This document shows positions 54,626 to 64,000 of a stretch of 64,000 nt of DNA, one piece after another. The notes beneath the pieces were generated by a model. That model had not been told where the DNA came from. It saw only the letters and a program-made list of their open reading frames with translations, and ran no database searches. The translations under genes and the position numbers were made by a program. The stretch's first letter is position 1. Every line of letters begins with the position of its first letter. This DNA comes from Octopus vulgaris (Eukaryota), in contig OX597820.1 in NCBI GenBank assembly GCA_951406725.2, positions 124,620,001-124,684,000 on the forward strand, read 5' to 3'.

Positions 54626-55130
54626 GCGCGATGACCTGACCAGATACAGGAAACTGGATATTGTTGTGCGATCACCTGACTAGATATAGGAAACCGGAAA
54701 TTTTAGTGCGATCAGCTGACCAGACATCGGAAACAGGACATTGTTAGTGCGATCACCTGACCAGGCATCGGAATAACAATGAAAGAACATGCATGATAAT
54801 CAACATAGGACGCCCCGGTTGGAGCAGGAACAATGTAAAAGAAGAAAAAATAAACATCTATGACTATTTGAAGTGGGAAATACGAAAGTTGTGGTTAATG
54901 AGAAGAGTAGACATAAAACCAATAGACATAAAACCAATTCAGCTACCAACATGGTTAAAATATACTAGAGCAAGTATGTAGGAAGAACACCTCCAAAAAA
55001 TTAGCATTGTTTTGAACAGCGAGAATTCTTCGCAGGGTTTTGACGCATGACCAGTAAACAAATGTCATCTTAGTCTGCTGGTTGTGGACAGCTGACACTT
55101 TCCATCCTACCCAGCAAAATAAGCTGTGAA
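54626..55130 (+). mobile_element. Old R4/Dong-like RLE-domain relic with a ~40-bp segment in four tandem copies (last partial)
   Basis: CDHLTRHRKxDIV units start at 54626, 54666, 54706 and 54747, followed by ERTCMIINIGRPG..KEEKINIYDYLKWEIRKLW..IKPI and LALF*TARILRRVL. Confidence 0.7.
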
Positions 55131-55469
55131 TTTTCATCGCATATTATTGTTCATTACCACTTCAAAATAGCTGTTCTATCGGAACCAGCGTTACTAACAT
55201 TTTAAACCCACATGGACACTTCAGCCAACTGACTGGTAGATACAACCTGCACCTGTGATATATTGCAAGCCGGGAAGCGAACCACTACCATCTTCCAGCG
55301 ACAGGACCATCATACCTTACGATTTCGAGTTGTTTATGTTCATCCTTGGTGATGGGTAAACGTCTGCTAAAAATAGCAGTAATTCGTTCCAGCTAGCAAC
55401 ATATAGAAAAATAAGTGACAACCAGTCACTGATCTTGCAACAAGCAAATTAGTTACTCTGGGTATAGGG

Positions 55470-55594
55470 CCAACATTTCTCGGAAGCGGCTAAGTCAATT
55501 GCATCGACTCTGGTGCTTAGCTGGCACTTATTTTAGGAAATTCCTCTAAGTAATTTATCCGGCATGTTCACAATTCCGTTAGCTCATCGCCTTA
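55470..55594 (-). mobile_element. SINE family B, highly diverged and deleted
   Basis: taagtcaattgcatcgactc...ctggcacttatttt...agctcatcgcctt. Confidence 0.5.
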
Positions 55595-57033
55595 GGCTGG
55601 ATGTGATAACGAGGTGTTGTGGAGAAATATTCGTGCGGGTAAAAACTATCAGCATATAAAATAGATCTATTTAGGTAAATTTATTTATAGAGATTTATAA
55701 TAGTATGAAATAGAATTATAATTAAGGGCACAGAGGTTTCTGTGACTATATGCTTAACATAGACACTAAATCCGTCCAACCACATCACTTTAAGATTTAC
55801 ATATGTTGAAAGCGAGGAAGGAGACTGGCAGAAAATCATAAAACAATTCAGGTTGGTTTGAACTGACCAATTTCTGGATTGGAAAGGAAATTGAGCTCAG
55901 AGACAATTGACAAATATTCGAGCATCAATGTAATCCGATCAGGTGTATTACTGTACTTCGCAATTCATATTTGTTGAGCATTGTTATATGATGTATGGAT
56001 TACTGTGGATAAAGCAACATCACACATGAACGTGACTACGTAGTTAAATACACGGTCCTTTATATGCACACTCATCCACACTAAGAAATGATGAGCTCGT
56101 TCAAAATAGCGCAGCGTTGCCTGCAAAAATCTTTGTTGTAAACAGCGACATAGATCGAAACGAAAATACCGTCTTCTAAAACGTTTTCTCCAACAAAACG
56201 TTTGTTGCAGAACGAATATTGTAATATTACATTTATGTAACCTTTCAAGTTACACTGGTGGTTTATACAGATACCGAAACGTTTTACAAAGTGGGTTGAA
56301 ACGCCTTGTATTTTGAATAAGCTTCACTTAGTCTCTTTTTGATTGCATCACAGGAAATACTTTCTACCAACATTTGACTTGCTAACAACAAAGATTTTGT
56401 AATTGTCAATGTCACAGGGTGGCTTGGTTATTTACATGTATCTTTAAATCTTTTTCTAGAAAGTAACTCGCTCTTGTAACCATCGAAAATATAAAATATT
56501 TTTAGATGTGAACACCATCATAGTAGTCACACAGCACTTAACTGGAAAACTCCATTTAAAGTGCTGCGTCTCAATTCGCTTTTATTCGTACCTGTTAACA
56601 CATGCATTTGAAGAAAATGCAGTAAAAAATACGTTCATTTGTATGGATATTATATGTGTTTACCAATAGAACATAAAATGAACGGAAGCATAATGTCAGA
56701 AAACATATACAAATGCACGCCTTAGCTATGCAGAAGAAAAGATTATATAAAGTTGTGTGCATATAGTGCATATATATATAGTTATATATATATGTATATG
56801 GGTGTGTGTGTATGGATGTGTGTGTGTATGCATAATGTGTAATGTATATACACTTATATATATATATGAATATGAAAGTAAATATATACATATATATACG
56901 CTTGTATAACTTATTTCGTATCCCAAAAACAGGTACAGATTATAAACAATGAAACTCCGTGCGTAGAGCGTCACACACACACACACGTACACACACACAC
57001 GCACACAAACAGGCAGCGAATATACATGCATAC

Positions 57034-57186
<153 letters not shown>

Positions 57187-57206
57187 CATGCATACATACA
57201 TACATA

Positions 57207-59813
57207 CTAACAGAAATACTCAGCGTTGCCCGTGTCAAAGAAAATGATGAAATTTAAAGGCGTTGCCTAGATTACACAGATCCCAACTGCTAGTAGCTGG
57301 GATACCAACTGTCTACGTAGCTCTGCCATCCATGCCATCACGGAACATAGATGTTGAGTGAAATGTGAAAAGGAAGTTTTCAGCTCATATGTTTCTAAAT
57401 TAAATACACGCTTGTATAACTTATTTCGTAACCAGAAAACAGGTACAGATTATAAACAATAAAAGGCCGTGCGTAGAGCGTCACACACACGTACACACAC
57501 ACACACACGCACACTAACAGGCAGCGAATATATCCCGTTATTGCTTCACTTTTGTACACACGAATGTCAGTCGAAAAGTGAAAGTGTAATAGTAATACTT
57601 CAACAATCAAAGGTTTTACACCTCTGAATATGATATGGACTTACGATACGTGTAATAGTTTCTTCATATACTGTGTTTTTGTCTTGCCATGTTAATCACT
57701 GTGAATGTAGAGGTTCTTTTCATATCCAACTCTAGAACATCCAATATACAGCTGACCATGTGAGAAGCAAGGTTGAAGGAGGTTAATTCCCACCACCTTT
57801 AGAAATTTATCTTGTGCTTTGTTGATAGAAATTGCAAAGCTATGTTTGACAGGAAACTGCAGTCTCTTGAACTGAAAGGGGAGATCATTTCAGATGGGAG
57901 GTATACTTGGAATGAAGACACCCTGACCCATAATGTTTCTCAGCTGCATAGAAGACTTACACATTTGTGTCTCTGTCAGAGTGGCATCCCAGTGTGCATC
58001 ATCTTCCAGAAGACCTCTGAGATGGCAAACCTTGCAATATGTTTGACATACTGTGTTGTCCACCTTACGTGAGGCTGTAAACGATGTGAGTCCCTTGACA
58101 TGGTGTAATAGAAGCCTTAGGTAGTAGTATTCTGAGTAGTTGGGATGGACAACATAGACTCTGCTAAGAGTTCTGATTTCTTGATTCCCGGACGATGTGT
58201 GGGTCTCCAAGTGCACATCATATCCATTTCTTTTAGTACCAGGTATAGAATCGTGGAACTTTATTGCATAGCAGTCTTGTTGCCAATTCATCATCTTGAC
58301 AGAGTTTGAAGAATGCTGTATGGTATCTTTGGGAGCTTCCATTTGTAGTTGGACTGTGTCTGTCATTCTGCTGTCTCAGAGAGGGAGGACAATGTCACGC
58401 ATGTCATATTTCCCAACCAGAAGCACAGCTATTACATTTGATGTTGGCGCATTAAACCCCCGCCCATGTTAAGCAGATGTCTTCTTGTGTGATCTGATAA
58501 CTAACTTGTAATCCATGGAGTCAGGTGGAATTGTTTCAAGAACAGTCGTGAAGCTACTGACCAGGTTGTTGTTGTTGTTATTCAGCATCTTTTGCAGAGA
58601 AACTACAATGTTCATCCTGATGCCGGAAATGTTCTTCTATCTCTCTTGCCTTTCTTGTTGAGAATCACCCATGAAATATATTTGAAGGAATCTTCGTGAT
58701 TCATTTGACAGAGGTAGTAGAGAGACAATATGATGATAAATTTTACCTTGGGCCTTGAAAGTTTGCATGAATCCTGGCTCAGTTATATCACTTGTGGTTC
58801 CAAATGAGGTCATCTGTAGTGCAGCATTGTATTGTCTAATTTCGTTTTGGAAGTGCTTGGAATCTTGGTCAGTTGATAACAACAATTTCTTCAACGGCTC
58901 TGGAGGTCGGGATATTGCAGATAGTTTAACCTTTCCAACACTGCAGCACAGTCCAGGTGTCTCCAGCGACTACTTTCCTTTACAATGTATGCACTCTTTG
59001 ATTATTGCACCAATGGAAACGCTAGTGTTATCTGCATAATGATCTGCTGGATCATAATTGAAACCTGCTTCATAGAAGTTGCTTCTCTGAGCTATTGCAA
59101 CTGCTCTTCGTTCTGTTCATCACTTTGAGGTACTCTGACTCTTGTACTGTACAGTTTGTTCGTTTCTTGACATGCTTCCCTTTCTGCAGCTATCTCTCTC
59201 TTTCCCTGGACAGAGATATTCTTTTGAGTGTACTTGATATTGGAGACAAATGGCCATAACTACAGATTTTTGCCCCGCCCGACTTTGAATAATCATAACT
59301 TTCAGAAAATTGATATTTTTAATTCACTACAAATACACCTCAGACCATGTAGATTGCGAGGACATAGGAGTTTTACGGGAAAACAATTGGGGTTACTGTT
59401 TCCCACTCGGGGGTGTTTCGGAACAAGTCGTCCATATCTGTGTCATTTTCACCTGGGTGGGGAACATTTCTCAAAAATAATTTCCAATTGTTTTCCCCAA
59501 AAGTTCCTGTGTCCTCGGAATCTACATAGTTCGAGGTATATTTGTAGAGACTTTCATAAAAAATATCCACTTCTTAAATTCTGAACTGGACTCTGGTGAA
59601 TTTTCAGAAATTCCCCAACCTACCATTTCCTAAAACACATTCCTGCACTAGATTTTGTATATTCAGGATCTACATAATATAACACATATTCGTAGAAAAA
59701 ATTTATGAAAATTTATCCATTTTCCTGAAAGTTATAATCATCCAAATAGGGTGAAAGGAATCTGTAGCTATGCCGACAAAATTTGACAGTTTCCTTCTAG
59801 GCACGTCTATATA
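57207..59813 (-). mobile_element. Internally deleted Helitron (RepHel pseudogene)
   Basis: N-terminal ETPGLCCSVGKV..HFQNEIRQYNAALQMTSFG..QGKIYH..FLQIYF..FNAPT; linker RVYVVHP..EYYYLRLLL..GLLEDD..W; Pif1 C-terminal QFPVKHSFAISINKAQ..FSHGQLYIGCSRV. The 3' end is cacgggcaacgctgag...TTAG|T. The 5' boundary is approximate. Confidence 0.88.
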
Positions 59814-60552
59814 TGTATACAGAAATACACGAGTAAAGAATGAAAATAACTTGGTAATGGAAATTGTTTCTTAATACGACGGGCACAAATTACTTTTTAA
59901 AATATTTAGCGGAAAAGGAAGTATTGTACGGGTTGAAGCGAAATGTGTCACTTAATGAACGAGCCTGTATCGAAGGAACGAGAAAGAAACCGTCAACAAC
60001 AGAAAAACATATAACCGTACAGATTCAAGTGAAATTCATGAAGATGCTTCTGAGAGTAAATTAAGAAATTATCTACATCGGTTATTGTGAAATTCTTTCT
60101 GCCTGTAATTTGCCGTTCTTTGATTGAAAACTTAAGCATTACAGTGAAAAGAATAACATGGAAGATACACAATGGCATATGAAAATTAGAAGTGTAAAGA
60201 ATAGCGTCTGAAAAATGAAAGTGAAAACAAGAGATCTAGATAGAGATATAGAGAGATATGTTACGCAGAGATATAGATACAAAAAAATGGATAGAGACAT
60301 ATAATTAAGAGATATATTACGTCAATGACGCTTGGAAATCAGAAGTAAATATTGAAAAAAATTTCAAAGACGTGAATGCAAGGTAAAAAGCAATGTCTCT
60401 TATTTTTAATAATTTTTAATGGAAAAAAATCAATTGAACACCCTTATATTTGTCCAAGGTCAAATTAATCATGCAACACAAGCATGTAAGCAATTAGAGA
60501 AAACGTTTTCGCGTGAAAAGTGAATACACACACATCTCTATTTTATATGTTG

Positions 60553-60626
<74 letters not shown>

Positions 60627-60785
60627 ATTATTATTATTAGCATACACACACACACATATATATGTATAAGCATATGTGTACAACACATTTCCACGAAGAT
60701 TGAAGAACAACATGAAAATATACATTCATACAAATAGACATGCATACATACATATATATATATGTACATGTATATATAATACATC

Positions 60786-60825
<40 letters not shown>

Positions 60826-60827
<2 letters not shown>

Positions 60828-61190
60828 GGTCCCGGGTTGATTCGGGGTTAACCACAGTAAATAAGGTACTCAATACATAGCAGAGTAAAATTAATTTATT
60901 ATATAGAAGGAGCTTCTACAGGACTAGAACTGTTTCATTCAAGAGAAATCTTCAGGAAGCTAGTTAACAAGAATTGTATTGGCATTTATACATTTAGGCA
61001 GGTTTAAAGGGGTGGTGGTGGGGGACTTTTTGGGGGTAGGCATAGCGCAAAAATATCATACTTGGGGGAGTGGTCAAGGAGTCAGTGGTAAACTAGATAA
61101 AAGAATAAATAAAAGAATAAAAAAATATATAAAAAAATATATAGAAGAATAGAGTTTTAGGTAAATAAGGAGATTCTCACTTATACCTAT
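60826..61190 (-). mobile_element. Probable PLE pLTR fragment or retrozyme-like unit hosting the 60911 HHR
   Basis: A block of distinct sequence between TA/CA tracts that contains an HHR and has no ORF. Confidence 0.4.
60911..60961 (-). ncRNA. Type I hammerhead ribozyme with an intact core
   Basis: Minus strand AGCUUC-CUGAAGA-UUUC-UCUU-GAAU-GAA-ACAG-UUCUAGUC-CUGU-A|GAAGCU: 6-bp stem I, 4-bp stem III, GUA triplet, short stem II. Confidence 0.78.
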
Positions 61191-61260
61191 ACACATATGT
61201 ATACATATATACACACACACACACACATATATACATACACACATACATACACACACACAC

Positions 61261-61314
<54 letters not shown>

Positions 61315-61555
61315 GTATATATATAAATCTGTGTTCTGTCCTAGGGTTACATTTGTTATGCATTTTTAATATATATATATGCGTTTGTGTGTAGCAACGT
61401 GTGTAAATTGTCGAGAGTTAGGGCGTACGCGAGTCTGAAAGCGATATTTTGCGACTAGATATGTATATCTGTACAAGTGTTGATCTTCAAAATCTATGCA
61501 CGCCATAACACTACTATATATACATTCACACATTGCACACATCTATCTATCTATA

Positions 61556-61605
<50 letters not shown>

Positions 61606-62354
61606 CCTATCTATTTATCTATCTATCTATTTTTATCTACTTGTCTCACTCTCTGTTTATATATATATATATGTGTATGCACAATGGAGTCAGTATGCAA
61701 GTTCATACGCGTATATATCAACAGTCATGCATAATACCCACGAATGTTTAACACATGCATGTATGTGTGTCGGCATCCTTATGTTTACGAGCAATATTAC
61801 CTGATCAATTTTGTATGAATTGCTTTAATTCTTCCTAACAATGTTTTCCTTTTGTTTTAATTTAACTTTTTACTTTCATTACCTACCAATTGGTAGCACT
61901 ACCAACACTGCAATAATAGGATTTTACATATATCATGACTTCGACTAGTATGCGCTAATATGCGTACCTCTTTCCACACCTGACATCTTCATCACAGCTC
62001 ATTCGCAGCGGCCATCATATTTGTCTACACACATATACAGACACGGACATATGCAACAGAGTTAAACTCACATATCTGTATATGCATATATGTATATGTA
62101 TAAACACACAAACACACATACACACCCACATATATATATAACATATATTTAGAGTGCGCGCGCGCAATTTCGGCCGTATGAGTCCATATTTGTTTCTATG
62201 TTGTCCTTTTCCTTATTCGTACTACATTTATTTCGTTCTTCTGTATTATATTTATGTAACAAATACGAATATATATTAAAATATAAATATGTTTCATGTA
62301 CATAAAAATGTTTATACATATATATATATATATATATATATATGAATACACACG

Positions 62355-62388
<34 letters not shown>

Positions 62389-62477
62389 CTTTGAAATGTT
62401 TTTTTATATAACTTTTCTAAGAAGATATATACGTGTCTCTGCATATTTAAAGCAATCTCGACACATATGGACACATT

Positions 62478-62705
62478 GTGGAGGCGCAATGGCCTAGTGG
62501 TTAGGGCAGCGGACTTGCGGTCGGAGGATCGCGGTTTCGATTCCCAGACCGGGCGTTGTGTGTGTTTATTGAGCGAAAACACCTAAAAGCTCCACGAGGC
62601 TCCGGCAGGAGGTGGTGATCCCTGCTGTACTCAAAAGGCGGTGCTCCAGCATGGCCGCAGTCAAATGACTGAAACAAGTACAAAAAAAAAACAAAAAAAA
62701 AAAAA
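62478..62705 (+). mobile_element. tRNA(Arg)-like SINE (family F) sharing its 3' tail with family A
   Basis: tggcctagtggtta (A box), ggtttcgattccc (B box), ending aaaggcggtgctccagcatggccgcagtcaaatgactgaaacaagta plus an A-rich tail. Confidence 0.85.
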
Positions 62706-63057
62706 CATATATTATGATCATGAATTTACTCTTGCATTTGCATTTTCTTTCTGTGCATGTAATGGAGTCTCATCACTATATGCATACGAACAAATGTGCG
62801 CACATGTGTAGGTCAAACTTGCACAGACACAAATAGGTATATATGTTCAGGCAGAGCCGTGGCTGTGACTTTGCTTCTTAAGCAAGCGGCTTGGGAGTCA
62901 GTCTCACTGAGGTTCCGCTTAGACAAGCATCTTCTCTTATAGCACCAAGCTCCACCAAGCTCCACCAAGCTCAACAAATTGAAATTAAAAAAATATCTGG
63001 TGCCTCAACTTAAGTACCATAATCATCATCTCTCTCTCTCTCTCTCTCTCTATATAA

Positions 63058-63173
<116 letters not shown>

Positions 63174-63456
63174 GGAGCACTCCGTCGGTTACGATGATGA
63201 GGGTCCTGATACGATCAACGGAACAGCCTCCTTGTGAAATTAGCGTGCATATGACTGAGCAATAAGCAGCGTGACACACAGTGTGACAGGGACGGCCCTT
63301 TTAAATACAGTTACAATTCATTTTTGCCAGCTGAGTGGATTGGAGCAACGGGAAATAAAGTGTCTTGCTCAAGGACACAACGCGTCGCCGGGAATCAAAC
63401 TCATGACCTTACTATTGTGAGCCGAATGCCCTAACCAATAAGCCGCGCGCCTTCAC
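63174..63456 (-). mobile_element. tRNA-derived SINE family D
   Basis: Minus head gcggcttattggttagggc...gagtttgattccc, then gtgtccttgagcaagacacttt...ccactcagctg, a conserved-core-like domain. Confidence 0.8.
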
Positions 63457-63661
63457 ACACACACACATATATATATACACACACATATACATATATATAC
63501 AAGAACACACACTCATATATGTATATATATATATATATATATGCGTATGTGAGTAAGAAAAAATAATAACCTTGTATATATTATCAAATATATACCCTCA
63601 AATATAATCGTTTATTTACACATATGTTTACAATTAGATACACACCCACAAGCACACATAT

Positions 63662-63709
<48 letters not shown>

Positions 63710-63713
63710 GTGC

Positions 63714-63767
<54 letters not shown>

Positions 63768-64000
63768 TGTGTGTGTGTGTCCATATATTCTAACGTAAAT
63801 AACCTGCGGTCTGCTTTTTATATCTAATTGTTTCTCTGCATTTACTTGAACTTCGCGAAAGTAATTTTGACATATTTATTATTGATCGATTGTTACATTG
63901 TTATAATAACCTGATGGCATCGTAAAACTGATGACATCTCAAACTAATATATCTGAATTCACCTGTACTGAGACAGTTACTAGATTACTTTCGTTGATGT

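Noticed and set aside
54626-54773. Regularly spaced ~40-bp repeats resembling a CRISPR array
   Set aside because: There are no unique spacers or cas genes; it is a tandem duplication inside a eukaryotic retroelement.
62480-62555. tRNA gene candidates (also 17984-18048 and 63385-63455)
   Set aside because: A and B boxes are present, but the acceptor and T stems do not close and each continues into a SINE or PLE body.
63908-63945. CTGATGG/CTGATGA motifs (similar isolated hits at 17528, 43884, 45970 and 46754)
   Set aside because: None has a complete hammerhead topology; isolated heptamers are expected by chance.

Overview
This window is AT-rich, microsatellite-dense eukaryotic DNA with no host protein-coding gene I can support. 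Almost all listed ORFs are microsatellite or SINE read-throughs. The composition and repeat families point to a cephalopod (Octopus-like) intergenic or intronic region, which is an inference. It is a mosaic of mobile elements: four tRNA-derived SINE families, several Penelope-like element (PLE) relics, two R4/Dong-type non-LTR fragments, an RTE-like 3' end with three C2H2 fingers, two Tc1/mariner relics, two Helitrons and several foldback hairpins. The main hidden signal is a set of type I hammerhead ribozyme (HHR) motifs from about six apparently distinct sequence families. Three keep the full catalytic core (13663-13738 +, 60911-60961 -, 265-309 -). One PLE family has a composite 3' module: GIY-YIG ORF end, then a tRNA-like Pol III head, then (AAT)n, then a minimal HHR and a tandem tail. 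One copy of that module starts exactly at the tRNA +1, suggesting a ribozyme-bearing, PLE-mobilised SINE. All folds and alignments were done by eye, and boundaries of diverged copies are approximate.
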